A DNA stretch of 64,000 nucleotides, taken from Somniosus microcephalus (taxonomy: Eukaryota). Location: positions 56,420,001 to 56,484,000 of the forward strand of contig CM126223.1 in the NCBI GenBank assembly GCA_052327205.1, written 5' to 3'. The notes under the pieces are model-generated. The model was not told where the DNA came from. It ran no database searches and saw only the letters and a program-made list of their open reading frames with translations. The translations under genes and the position numbers were made by a program. Each line of letters opens with the position of its first letter. The first letter of the stretch is position 1. Positions 38,930-51,903 of the stretch are shown here, piece after piece.

Positions 38930-39860
38930 CAGCCTTGGTTCAGTGGTTAGCACTCCTGCCCGAGTCAGAAGGTTGTGGGTTCAAGTCCCTCGCCAGAGAC
39001 TTGAGCACATAATCTCGGCTGACACGTCAGGGCAGTACTGAGGGAGTGCTGCACTGTCAGAGGTGCCATCTTTCAGACGAGATGTTAAACCGAGACCTTT
39101 CTACCCAATCAGGTGTGCACAAAAGATCCAATAGCACTTTTCAAAGAATAGGGGAGTTCTCCCGGTGCTTTGGCCAATATTTATCCCTCAACCTACATCA
39201 TCAAAACAGATTTTCTGGTCACTTATCTCATCGCTGTTTGCTGCACTCCTGGCCAGCCTCCCAAGTTTTACCCTCTCTAAACTTGGTCATCCAAAACTCA
39301 GCTGTCCGTGTTCTAACTCGCACCAAGTCCTGTTCATCCATCACCCCTGTGCTCGCTGATCTATATTGGCTCCCAGTTAAGCAACACCTCGATTTTAAAA
39401 TTCTCATCCTTGTTTTCAAATCCCTCCATGGCCTCGCCCCTCCCCATCTCTGTAATCACCAGCCCTACAACCCTCCGAGATCTCTGCGCTCCTCCAATTC
39501 TAGCCTCGAGCATCCCTGATTTTAATCGCTCAACTATTGGTGGCCGTGCCTTCAGTTGCCAAGGCCCCAAGCGCGGGAATTCCCTCCCTAAACCCCTCTA
39601 CCTCTCTTTCTTCCTTTAAGACACTCTTTAAAATCTGCCTAACTCTTTGACCAAGCTTTTGGTCATCTGCCCTAATTTCTCCATATGTGGCTCGGTGTCA
39701 AATTTTGTTCCGTAACACTCCTATGAACCGCCTTGGGAGGTTTTACTACATTAAAAGGTGCTATATAAATACAAGTTGTTGTTGTTGGGACCTTGTGTGT
39801 AAATTGACTGCCACATTTCCCTACATTACAACAGTGACCACACTTCAAAGTACTTAATGG
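38930..39860 (+). mobile_element. Deu-domain tRNA SINE (SacSINE1-like) split by an L2 insertion
   Basis: A/B boxes (tggttcagtgg; ggttcaagtcc), core cagtactgagggagtgctgcactgtcagaggtgcc; 3' part resumes at ~39786; other copies or tails at 34400-34530, 53905-54200 (-) and 57325-57440. Confidence 0.8.
39241..39785 (+). mobile_element. L2-clade LINE 3' fragment
   Basis: IQNSAVRVLTRTKSCSSITPVLADLYWLPVKQHLDFKILILVFKSLHGLAP; ends gctatataaatacaagt(tgt)n. Confidence 0.88.
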
Positions 39861-40162
39861 ACTGTGCAACACAGACTTCCTGCGGTCTTCCAAGGTGCTA
39901 CATAATTGCATTAGCACAGCAGGACTCCACTACAGTACTTAAATACAACATGACTTCATTCCTGGGCCAGAAAAACTTTGCATCCATTGCTTTTGTCGTG
40001 TGGTACCATCCCTTGTGGCCCAGTGTAGCTCCTACCCGGTTCCATTGACTAACTTATTTATGCCAATAGGCTCATTTTGTTCCTTTGCAATTACAAAGCT
40101 CCTCTACAGAGTTGAAGATTGAAGTTAAAAATATTTGCAAGGATACGGTGTGTCTGTTATTG

Positions 40163-42170
40163 CAGGGGTTCTCAACTGGGGGCCCTTGGCCCAGAAAGTT
40201 TCAAGGGGCCTGCCAAAATAGCACTAAACCAATCATGTTTCTCGTTGCTTCTTCAATGAAATCAATCGAAATCCAGATGTAACTGCTTGGTCAATCGACT
40301 AAAGCAAATTTTGACAAAGGGTTTGACTCGAAAGGTTGACTCTATTTTCTCTCCACGGATGTTGCCTGGCCTGCTGAGTTTTTCCAGCATTTTCTGTTGT
40401 TAGTGAATTTTATCTCCACTCTCTTTCTTTCTTTGTATGGAACAGTACATTTTAGCTAACATGAGCTGGGCGACACCCTGAATGTATTTATTTTAGGGTC
40501 ATGTTGGTTGGAAATTTCTGAAAATGATAGCTTGGCAAAGGAAACACAAGATGGAGTGGAAGGCGTTTATAAATGCTGTATTTTTTATGCCTTTATCATA
40601 TTCTCCTTTTTATATGTGCTTTAAATACTTGAAGGGGGAAAAAAATTGCAGGGCTATGGGGAAAGAGCAGGGGAGCGGGACTAATTGGATAGCTCTTTCA
40701 AAGAGCCAGCAAAGGCACGATGGGCCAAATGGCCTCCTTCTGTGCTATATGATTCTAATTAACCAATCAGATTATTCTTTTGCGCCAAAGTCTGAGCCCT
40801 CCTTCATGTTTAACCAATAGAAACTCTCGTTTCAATCTGCCGCCCTCCTGACCAATAATCTTTGCCGAACTTGCACTTCTGGGTTAGATGTGGCCAATCT
40901 GGTTGTTCGGTTTATTCGGCGCTTTGAACGGGCGATGCGAAGCTAATCAGCGCAGCGATTACAGGTGGGGCCAGGTCGGGGGATGTCCTTGTGCTCAGAC
41001 ATGGCAGGGCGGGGCGAACCAATGCAGAGAGCTACACCATGACCCCTTCTTCTTAGGCAGTCCCTTGGAACCGAGGATGACTTGCTTCCACATCAAAAAT
41101 GAGTTCTCAGGTGACTGATGAGTCCAATGTGGGACCTACAGTCTCTGTCACAGGTGGGGCAGACGGTGGTTGAAGGGGCGGGTGGGTGGGGTGCTTGGGT
41201 TGACATGCACTCCTTCTGCTGTTTGCGCTTGGCTTCCGCTTGCTCCCGGTGAAGAGTCTCGAGGTGTTCGGCGCCTTCCCGGATGCTTCTCCTCCACTTT
41301 GTGCGGTCTTGGGCCAGGGATTCCCAGGTGTCGGTGGGGATGTTACACTTTTTCAAGGAGGCTTTGAGGGTGTCCTTGAAGTGTTTCCTCTGCCCACCTG
41401 GGGCTCTCTTGCCGTGCCGGAGCTCCGAGTAGAGCGCTTGTTTTGGGAGTCTCGTATCTGGCATGCAGACGATGTAACCCGTCCATCGGAGCTGATCGAG
41501 CGTGGTCAAAGCTTCGATGCTGGGGATGTTGGCCTGAGCGAGAACACCGATGTCGGTGCGCCTATCCTGCCAACGGATTTGCAGGATCTTGCGGAGGCAG
41601 CGTTGGTGGTACCTGCTGTACATGGTCCATGTCTCTGAGGCGTACAGCAGGGCGGGTATCACTGCTGCTCTGTAGACCATGACACGGCCAACACGGAGTA
41701 CACTGAGGTTATCACCAGCATCAAAAACATAGCGGATTTCCTCAATTCATTCGGTAAGGAGCTGCAGCCAGTGAATAATAAATAACCAGCAGTAACAAGA
41801 GTGGCCAAAGGAGAGCTTCCTCTTTACACCCACTCACTCCGGTGGAGGCCAGTGATACTGGGGTTTAGGGCCTGGTTCAGGACATATCCTGTATTCGTTT
41901 ATCTCTGACTTGACGGTAGTGGAATAATAAAATTGCATCTAATTTCCAGTTATTGATTAAAGGGGGTGGGGTTAATATAATTGGAATTTCTCTTCCTAAT
42001 TAGTCACATTAGCTAGAACAAAAATAATACGTGTGTTTAATTGTATAACTAATTTTTTTTTTTTTTTTTTTTATACACAGAAAAAAATACTGTGTTGTGT
42101 TACAGGGGGTCCGTGGAATGTTTATAACATGGGAGGGGGGCCTCAGAAGTAAAAAGGTAGAGAACACAAA
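40163..42170. mobile_element. Possible decayed hAT (Charlie-like) element with nested insertions
   Basis: Left end caggggttctcaactgggggccc; right-end-like gggggcctc...aaaaaggtagagaacac; TIR match is imperfect. Confidence 0.4.
41046..41680 (-). mobile_element. RTE-clade LINE 3' fragment
   Basis: VYRAAVIPALLYASETW...QLRWTG...RLPKQALYSEL...GGQRKHFKDTLK, C-terminal C2H2 finger CPTC...HLRTH, (AAG)n tail. Confidence 0.9.
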
Positions 42171-43794
42171 GGTCACCAGTTCAAATCCCACCATGACAAG
42201 TTTGGCAATTAACTTCAATAAATCTGGTAATTTACAAGCTCGCACCAGGAGAATGGCCTTGGAAACTGCTGGATTGTTGAAAAACCCGTCCAGTTTATGC
42301 TTCTGGAAAACCTGCGGCTGCTGCTCAACAGGTGCGACTATGGCAACACTTTGAGCCACATGCACGAATTTTAGTAGACAACGCCTTACATACACGCACA
42401 ATAACAACGTATATTTATATAGCGCCTTGAATTTATTAAGACGTCAAGGTGCTTCACAGGAGCATTATCAAAAAAAGCTAAAAGTACTTCGTGTGTATAA
42501 TTAATTAACATCTATCACCATTCAGTATCGAAGGAAGTAAAGAACTGAACAATCAAAAAAATACTTGCACTCTGTTTTTCACCTTACCATTCAACCAAAC
42601 GCACAAAATGTTTAAAGTACACAAGCAATGGCAATATGAAGAGATTACATGCCCAACGACGTCATCAATTACTCGTTTTTTTATTTACCAATCAGAATAC
42701 AATTAGCCACATCTGGATTCCGTTAGCCACATGTGGCTAGTGGCTGATGTATTGGACAACACTGCTCTAGTGCACACTATGTGGTTAACTCTTAATGCCC
42801 TCTGAAGTGGCCTTGCAAGCTGTTCAGTCACACAGAATTTACCGGACAGAAACAGGCCAGCACCTGTGTTTATGCTCCACACGAGCCTCCTTCCACCTTA
42901 CTTCATCTCACACGATCAACATTGCCTTCTATTCTTTTTTGCCTTCATGTACTTATCTAGCTTCCCCATAAATACATTAATCGCCTCAACCACTCCATGT
43001 AGTGGCGAGTTTCACATTCTCACCAGTTGTACAATCGCGAGAGGGCAACCCACCGCCTTCAGAGCAACAATGGGTGGACAATAAACAGCGTTGACAGCAA
43101 GACCCACATATCAAGAACAAATTCTTAAAATTTTGAAGTTCTGTTCTTACTTACCAGCTGTCCAGGAGTTTGAGACATATACAGTTTCATTTATAGCTCC
43201 CGCGTCTAATTGAATGAAGGAGCAGATACAAAGGGCTGAATGGCCTACTCCTATTCCCATCGTTCCTACACTAGCATAAATCATCCCTCCATAATTCCCC
43301 AGTTATACCTCACTAAAGCAGCTCAGAACAACATGCACATAGCCCAGAAGATTGTGAGCTGACTGCCATGGTCATGCTGTCTGCACCACAAGTGCGGTGG
43401 TGAGGGGTGGACAGGGGATAGGAAGGAGCAGAGTTCTGTGCGTGCACAGGAATGCCTGCAGCGATCATCAGCCTCCGACTGCTAATGAAGTATCGAAATA
43501 CAAACGATAACAGGGTAAGCGGCTTGTTCCCATCATCAGAAAGTTAACTGTTGTACACAGCAGGCTCCTCGTGTTACACACCCCACCCCCATCCCACCTT
43601 TATTCTTTTAAATGCTGATTCCTGGTTCTAGTGATGCAAAATCACCTTTTTCCAGGGAGTCTTAATGCTAATGTTGAAGTATTAATATAATTTTTATGGA
43701 CTTTGTATACCTTGTCCATCCTAAAATATGCTTACCACAGAAATCACAAGAAATTAAAACTTTCCTAAGGCAAAACTGAAGCATAGTTAGATAC

Positions 43795-43923
43795 CTTGAA
43801 GTGATTATTGTTATGCGGGTTGATGCGAAAACAGGAAACAAAACAGTCTATCATGAGATCCACATCGGCACTCTGGCTGCCAGCGCCTCTGGAGAAAGGC
43901 TTGCTAGGATTAAACAACAGGGC
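43795..43923 (-). CDS. NF1: NF1 exon 10 orthologue (129 nt, two codons longer than human)
   Basis: ALLFNPSKPFSRGAGSQSADVDLMIDCFVSCFRINPHNNNHFK; tcag|GCC ... AAG|gtatct. Confidence 0.97.
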
Positions 43924-44781
43924 CTGAGAAATAATAACAGACCAAAGGAATTACTGAGACAAAGAACTACAGATGTAATAAATGTAATGCAGTGGTCAGA
44001 TGAAGTTTATTAAAAAAAAGTTTCGTTTTCTGATCAATTTGAAAGCTTCCGCTAAAACCAAAAAACATTAAAAGGAGAAAAGAAATGCAATACCAAGTAC
44101 TCCCCCCTCACTTCTATACCAACCTTTCCCTTTAAACACGGATTATACGTCCTGATTTTGGAGTTTGCTTTGCTTTCTGAATATTGGTCAAATATAAAGT
44201 TTTCGAACAGTTTTGGGTTTAATCAGAACAATTTTGGAAGGAACAATAACTCGTAAAATTCATACAACTGTCTTCACAAAATACCCTGCTCAAAGGAATC
44301 ACACAGCATCATTGCTTGCATCCCCAACACCTTCTGCCCCCAAGAAACTTTACTCAGCTGCCTTGCATGACACAGCCATCTAGGTCAGTCTTGTCTGACG
44401 GTAGAGAGAGATGATGCACCCAGTATCAAAAAGAAAAAGTGGCTGTGTGCGTCACTTCAGAACTGGATCAAGTTAATCTCTAATTTTAGATTTCCATTTT
44501 GGGTTTAAGCCTAAAATCAGAAACCGTGGTTATATTTATTTGTCCAATTATTAAACATACAATTAAATAAGACACTTGCCACAGAGAAGTGGGATGCAGT
44601 TTCAGGGTTATGTATCCCCAAAATGAGAGGGGGGGGGTTTGGAGGAATAGTCACTATTTATCTGTCTAAAGGCACTTCCCAGGATTCAGAAAAGGGTCCT
44701 ATTGGCAGAAGTCTAGGAACAGACTCCCTGCCTACCCTAGCTGGGATGGTGGACAGTCCAGTTTTTTTTGTGAAAAGCAAT

Positions 44782-45449
44782 GGCCCAGAAATTCAGGTCT
44801 CCACGGGTGAGTACGCACGGGGTACTCACCCGTAGGCCGAATGGAAGTGCCGGTTTTCTGCATGCGCTGGAAACCGGCACTTTCGATCCTCTGAACAAAG
44901 AGGTCGAACGCGCGCGGAGAGGCTGCGCGTGCGCTTTGAACTTAGGTTTTTTTTTTTTTTTGCAGGTTTTCCCGGGATCGTAAGCCTGCAGTATTTAGAA
45001 ATGTAAAAAGCACAAGGTAAGTGGTCAATTAATTAAAATTAAAACATTTTTTCCACAGGTTTATCACTTTTAAATACTTTAAGGCAAGGTAAATTTTTTA
45101 GCCCCGTTAGAATATAAAATTATTTTTTTCAAAAATTTAAATTGTTTAAAATAGTTATTTAATGTAATTTATAGTTTATTTAAAAAGTGTGATTTAAAAA
45201 AAAAATTATTTGAAGGTTTACTGCTATTTTGGGGCCGTAGTATTCATAAGTTTTGACAGGTCTTCCTGTCAATCTTATGAATGGGCTTTTCCCTCCTCCG
45301 ATTGGCTGCCCATGGCTCACGTGATCCCAGGGGACGCATCGCACTAACTACGCCCCTGGGACACGCAAGCACAGCACGCCGGCAGCTGGGCCAGGCCCCG
45401 GAGCGGAATTCCACGGGGCCCTACAGCTCAACTCCCGAATTTCTGGGCC
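44782..45449. mobile_element. MITE with 3-bp TSD (PIF/Harbinger-like)
   Basis: Perfect 13-bp TIR GGCCCAGAAATTC...GAATTTCTGGGCC, AAT on both flanks, GC-rich subterminal hairpins, AT-rich core. Confidence 0.8.
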
Positions 45450-46799
45450 AATATCTTTTTTTTTTTTTTTAATTTGTCTACAGGAACTCACATTTAAGAA
45501 AACTTCTGGTGCACTAAAGTAGAACATGTTGGGAATGTGGGAACTTTTGGGCACAGGTTCGTCACATGGCCTTCAAATGTTGTGATTATGGAGACTGGCT
45601 CAATGCAGCCCAACAGTGTGCAGGCAAGTGCCCGAGCAAAGGCCTCAGACCACTGTGAAATCTTGTCTGTAACTTATCTGGCAAACCCTTAGGTGTTTAC
45701 ATTGCTAATTACACAAAACCAATCCACTGCATGTCAGAACAGCCACAACACTTTCAACCTGCAATCTGTACTCCAACGCCTTGGTAATCAACAGTGAATG
45801 ATGCATTGCGAGATCACCTGGCTGAACACAGAGGTGACAAGCTCACATTAGGCTCATACTGCGACACCTTCTGGCTTTTGGTTTTCAGATGCCAGAATAC
45901 TTGAAGAATGGCACGCGAGTTAACGACCATCCTCAACTGATGCCTCACCTAACTAATTGTGTACCAGGTGACGTAAGAAAACTACTAGGCACTTGGTCTA
46001 AGCGTTAAACAAAGCTTTAATCAACTGTTTTACAACATGGAGGTCTAGTTGTGTCCTTCACTAGTTTCTGTTAAGAATGTCCTGCGCAAGCTGGGCCCGT
46101 GCCCGAGTGTTTATACTCGGCCTGGACAGCGCCACCCGTAGGCCGCTCAGTATTATTTCATAAGTCTTTCTTTCATGAATGACTGATTCATGTCACCGGG
46201 TCAAAAAAGACACGAGGTGATCCATGTTTAAAAACTCCAGTTAATTTTTTTTCTCTTCCTCTTCAGGTCCACTTGCACCCCAGTCAAGAAAGAGGGGTGA
46301 GCGACCTGCCCCCAGGACGGTCAATGCCCGTCTTTACCCAGATGCTTGGAACTGCTAAAGGCAGAACATTGATCTTCCCTTAGAGTTAAAAACTCTCCAG
46401 CTTGCCACTTCCCCAAACAACCGGAGACTGGGAACTCGTGAGGAATCGCAGGCGAGAACCCATATCTTACACTTCCACGATGCAGCACGAACGAGCTGCA
46501 CCAACTATCCTGGCAGGATCTATTTTTAAATTTATATCGAGAAACATAGGTGGTGAAGGACCAAGACAAATTACACCGCCTTATTCTCAAACTGTAGCAA
46601 CAGTTATCTCCTTCAGTCTGCCCTTCTCCAAATACTTTACAGGCTATTAAACTGAAGCTTATCATCTAATCGTCATCCAATCCCCATTTCTCAATTCACC
46701 TAAACTTCCAACTAAATAAATGAAGTACTTCTATTTATGTTATAAAGACTTGTCTATTGGTGCTTCAACAAATTAAGACATGTAGAAGCAATTCCATAC

Positions 46800-46973
46800 C
46801 TTTAGATCTACAACCATGGACTGAACCTGAAAGCAGATGACTGAGTTGTCCTCCCAGCTGATGTACGTGGAGGCCTTGCACAGTTTAACACAGGCTATCG
46901 CAGCACTTTCCGTCAGCTGCCGACTGCCACTGTGACCAGCAAGAGCTTTCTTTAAGTTATCCAGGAACAGCTT
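46800..46973 (-). CDS. NF1: NF1 exon 9 orthologue (174 nt)
   Basis: KLFLDNLKKALAGHSGSRQLTESAAIACVKLCKASTYISWEDNSVICFQVQSMVVDLK; acag|AAG ... AAG|gtatgg. Confidence 0.97.
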
Positions 46974-47940
46974 CTGTACAAAGATTAGGAAGACAGCATT
47001 GAGACAACATAATTCAAATGGTTGCAGTTTCTATTCATTTACAAACCCACCTTCTCTAACCTTGCATCTGATCCATTACAAGAGGGGGAGAAAATTGGCA
47101 CCAGCAACAAAATACAAGTCTAAACTAAAGCCGAGACATTACGAAAGAATTCTGTGTGTATTGTTGTTTCTTGGCTCGGAACATCAGCTCAGCTGGGTAA
47201 ACTGGGCCACAGTGTTGGAGGGAGGGAATGTCAGACCATGTATTTGGGGCTGGGGTAGAAGGGGAAAGAGCTAGAATAATTTGACGACGGCATTATCATT
47301 TTCTTTTCCCTGAATTGTTGATTGTTTGGTATGTTTATGTTAACTTGAGGGGTACATTGTGGGAACCGTCAGGTCAGTTGTATCTTGGGAGAATTTCTCT
47401 CTGTTGGAAACCAATCTGAATAAATTATACTTCCAGCCTAAAGCACATTCTGTTAAAAGGTCCCCTTTTTTTTTAAATAAAGTTATTGCTCCAGTTTTTG
47501 TACTGGCCAAATACCAGTTCTGGAGATGGACATACACCAACAAGATCCTGACAGAGTCCCACACTACTTCCGCTTCTGAAGTTGAAACAAAACGATATCA
47601 ATAGCCATTCCCTCGCAACAGCTGAAGGAGAGATAGCTGAACCCTCAATCCACAAGGACCTTGCATAACTGATGCCTTACCTACACACCAATCTCAGCCA
47701 AGGTAGCAGTGGCAACACTAATTTGCCTTGGTATCCCCGGGCTAGGAAGAGAGGGAGGAATACGGTCAGGGTTAATGCTTCAGACCGCTATTTAGAGATT
47801 TTTGCTGGAAGTTTGGATAAACTCATCCGCATCAGCTTTAGGCAAGAGAAAATTGGCAATAAAAAGAAAAAAACTTTAACTGAAATTTGAAATAGTAACA
47901 AAAAACAAAATGAAGATGAGATTTCTTTTAAAGAGAAAGC

Positions 47941-49712
47941 GGGGGGGGGGGCAAGAGCGAGAGGGGCGAGGGGGGAGGGGCGAGAGCGAGGGGGGAGGGG
48001 CGAGAGCGAGGGGGGAGGGGCGAGAGCGAGGGGGGAGGGGCGAGAGCGAGGGGGGAGGGGCGAGAGCGAGGGGGGAGGGGCGAGAGCGAGGGGGGAGGGG
48101 CGAGAGCGAGGGGGGAGGGGCGAGAGCGAGGGGGGAGGGGCGAGAGCGAGGGGGGAGGGGCGAGAGCGAGGGGGGAGGGGCGAGAGCGAGGGGGGAGGGG
48201 CGAGAGCGAGGGGGGAGGGGCGAGAGCGAGGGGGGAGGGGCGAGAGCGAGGGGGGAGGGGCGAGAGCGAGGGGGGAGGGGCGAGAGCGAGGGGGGAGGGG
48301 CGAGAGCGAGGGGGGAGGGGCGAGAGCGAGGGGGGAGGGGCGAGAGCGAGAGGGGAGGGGCGAGAGCGAGAGGGGAGGGGCGAGAGGCGAGAGGGAGGGG
48401 CGAGAGCGAGAGGGGAGGGGCGAGAGCGAGGGGAGGGGCGAGAGCGAGAGGGGAGGGGCGAGAGCGAGAGGGGAGGGGCGAGAGCGAGAGGGGAGGGGCG
48501 AGAGCGAGAGGGGAGGGGCGAGAGCGAGAGGGGAGGGGCGAGAGCGAGAGGGGAGGGGCGAGAGCGAGAGGGGAGGGGCGAGAGCGAGAGGGGAGGGGCG
48601 AGAGCGAGAGGGGAGGGGCGAGAGCGAGAGGGGAGGGGCGAGAGCGAGAGGGGAGGGGCGAGAGCGAGAGGGGAGGGGCGAGAGCGAGAGGGGAGGGGCG
48701 AGAGCGAGAGGGGAGGGGCGAGAGCGAGAGGGGAGGGGCGAGAGCGAGAGGGGAGGGGCGAGAGCGAGAGGGGAGGGGCGAGAGCGAGAGGGGAGGGGCG
48801 AGAGCGAGAGGGGAGGGGCGAGAGCGAGAGGGGAGGGGCGAGAGCGAGAGGGGAGGGGCGAGAGCGAGAGGGGAGGGGCGAGAGCGAGAGGGGAGGGGCG
48901 AGAGCGAGAGGGGAGGGGCGAGAGCGAGAGGGGAGGGGCGAGAGCGAGAGGGGAGGGGCGAGAGCGAGAGGGGAGGGGCGAGAGCGAGAGGGGAGGGGCG
49001 AGAGCGAGAGGGGAGGGGCGAGAGCGAGAGGGGAGGGGCGAGAGCGAGAGGGGAGGGGCGAGAGCGAGAGGGGAGGGGCGAGAGCGAGAGGGGAGGGGCG
49101 AGAGCGAGAGGGGAGGGGCGAGAGCGAGAGGGGAGGGGCGAGAGCGAGAGGGGAGGGGCGAGAGCGAGAGGGGAGGGGCGAGAGCGAGAGGGGAGGGGCG
49201 AGAGCGAGAGGGGAGGGGCGAGAGCGAGAGGGGAGGGGCGAGAGCGAGAGGGGAGGGGCGAGAGCGAGAGGGGAGGGGCGAGAGCGAGAGGGGAGGGGCG
49301 AGAGCGAGAGGGGAGGGGCGAGAGCGAGAGGGGAGGGGCGAGAGGGGAGGGGCGAGAGCGAGAGGGGCGAGAGCGAGAGGGGAGGGGCGAGAGCGAGAGG
49401 GGAGGGGCGAGAGCGAGAGGGGAGGGGCGAGAGGGGAGGGGCGAGAGCGAGAGGGGAGGGGCGAGAGCGAGAGGGGAGGGGCGAGAGCGAGAGGGGAGGG
49501 GCGAGAGCGAGAGGGGAGGGGCGAGAGCGAGAGGGGAGGGGCGAGAGCGAGAGGGGAGGGGGCGAGAGCGAGAGGGGAGGGGCGAGAGCGAGAGGGGAGG
49601 GGCGAGAGCGAGAGGGGAGGGGCGAGAGCGAGAGGGGGGAGGGGAGGGGCGAGAGCGAGAGGGGAGGGGCGGGGCGAGAGCGAGAGGGGAGGGGCGAGAG
49701 CGAGAGGGGAGG
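47941..49712. repeat. 20-bp minisatellite (RGGGGAGGGGCGAGAGCGAG)n, ~88 copies
   Basis: Directly visible; G-variant units at 47971-48350, A-variant units thereafter. Confidence 0.99.
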
Positions 49713-50701
49713 CGAGTGAGAAAAGAGAAAATTCAGAAGCTGATATTTCTAAACATACCAATAAACCAAAGCAGAAAATGAACCCATATCTCGAGTTTTT
49801 TCCAAAGGTGGCGATGATCATATGATCACGTATACATGTAAGTCATCATTATGCAAGAAACTGCCACCAGTGACTCAGCATGCAACTGTTCTCTAGATGT
49901 TTAGTCATTCTGCTAACAGCAATGATACAGAATGCCTTTGCTGGTTGAAGACACAGTTTAAAATAGGAAGCAAAATGCATGCAAAAGGCACAAGGGCAAA
50001 TTTTTTTTCCCCAATCTCGGCACATGGGGAACCTGGTTTGCTCGCACCACTCGGTCCTCAGGGTGACAACAGGGTGAGTCACTGGGCATGTGCTAACAGT
50101 GGGTTCGAGCACTGCTCTTTTACCTGAGACCTGGCTGAATTTGAATGAAAATTTCCAACAGCTGAGAGATTATGTTTAATTCCCAACTGATAGAGCGGTT
50201 TGCAGCAAAAAATCACTACCATAATTAGAAATCAATTGCACAACTTCATTCAGAGAAAGAACTAGGATGGATGGTATAGCTGAACTGTCACAAGTTCGAG
50301 GCTGTAAAAAAAGTTACTGGGCATCATACGAGGAGCTTTAATCAATCTTCTTATAAGGCATGAATTGCAGTTAAACTAATTCTGAGGGCTGCAAAATGTT
50401 ATTATACAACGCTGCCAAAAATAAAACAAACCTTTCCCCAGTCGGTCTTATCTTTTCCTTCCTTCCCCTCAAGTGTTCATCCACATCTGTGGAGCAAACA
50501 ACCCACAGGCAGGCCTGTGCAGCTTCGCAAATGGCCGCTCAATGAAGAGTAACTGGGGATGGCGCAACCTCCAACATTTCCTTTTTATGTGAAGTACAAG
50601 GCCTCTGCTCAGAGTGTCGCCACAGCAATACACTTTCAAACAGGCAACATTATGGGGATTGTGGAGTCGATGCTGCACTAATGTTCTGCAACAAGCATGT
50701 A

Positions 50702-51047
50702 CAGGAAACTTTGGTTTATCTGGAGGTTGTATGTCCGGAAACCTCGATCTAACGGCAGCAATCAGCAGCCATTTTGGTTAGGTTTTTCTTCTTCTCCTAG
50801 CATTTTTTTTTTTTTTATAAAAACAGTCAGGCTCTGGAAAGCGTCTCTGTAGCTTAGCAACAGCTTCAGAGACGCTTCCAAGGTACGGGCAGTGTGTTTA
50901 CAAGCTGTTGCTAAGCAAAAGTGTTTGTTGTCAGATACGGAGATGAAAACCTCCGTATCCTTCAGCATTAGCGCTGGTCTATCCGGAAGTTTTGATAGAT
51001 CGGCAGCAGCTCGGTCCCGTCGGTGCTGGATATCGCGAAGTTTCCTG
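50702..51047. mobile_element. Tc1/mariner-type MITE, copy 2
   Basis: TA|CAGGAAACTT...AAGTTTCCTG|TA; internal inverted gcttagcaacagc/gctgttgctaagc. Confidence 0.87.
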
Positions 51048-51745
51048 TATTTTTTATTGTGTTCTACTCAGCATACTATTTTTTTTTTTTTTTATTAAAA
51101 AAAAAGTGTGGTGCAAGAGGACAGGGGTCAGGGAAAGTGACCGTTTCCCCCAGAAACTGAAGTCTCAGTCCTCCAGGAGTCGAGCGTCAACGAACCAATT
51201 TGCAAACTGGTGACCAATACACAAAATTAGCTAATGTGAAAATGGAATCTGTTTTTGCATCTTGGGCTTACAGAAGATGCCAAAAAATGGCTCATAAATC
51301 CAGGTAATATGGAAGAAAGGAATTTGTGATGGGCTCCCCGATGGCTCACTAAGTTTATATAATCCGTACTGACCAAGTAGGTCATGGGCTTCATGTGGTG
51401 AACACATTGACCAAGTCGGCCTTCAGCTTGATCCCAGTCCAACCGGAGTTGACCAATTTCCATCTGGTGATGGTGAGAAGGACACGACAATTCCTTTCAA
51501 TTGGAAAGTTAACCAGGATTCTTGCTCCCGATCACTATTCAGTGATCCCTGCTGGACGCCAAATGAGAAAAGGATGGTACTTAGCTGCGATGTCTTCTAC
51601 GGTTAAAACAGCCTTCTGACATGCACCATCGAGGCTCACAAGTGAATAATTGCAGCTTGCTTGAGGCACCAGAGACAGGGCAACCAAGCAACACCAGCTT
51701 GCGGCAAGGTGTCAACATCTTGAAGATGGGAGAAATTAAAATTAC

Positions 51746-51903
51746 CTTGTTCAATTTGCTGTCTTCAACTGATTCCTTCGAGATGTCTTGCAGAATGTCC
51801 GGAGAAAGGATGAGGAGGATGATCTGCAAAGGCCATACCGCTGCTTTCCGTTTGGCACTTTCAGCAAAGCTATCCACAAGATCGAACAGCTTCTCCGAAC
51901 AAT
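51746..51903 (-). CDS. NF1: NF1 exon 8 orthologue (158 nt)
   Basis: (D)CSEKLFDLVDSFAESAKRKAAVWPLQIILLILSPDILQDISKESVEDSKLNK; acceptor caag|AT, donor AAG|gtaatt. Confidence 0.95.

Noticed and set aside
47941-49712. CRISPR-like array
   Set aside because: Contiguous tandem units with no unique spacers; vertebrate intron
47788-49821. 677-aa Pro/Ser/Leu-rich and 623-aa Gly/Arg/Glu-rich ORFs
   Set aside because: Artefacts of a stop-free 20-bp tandem repeat; no coding signature
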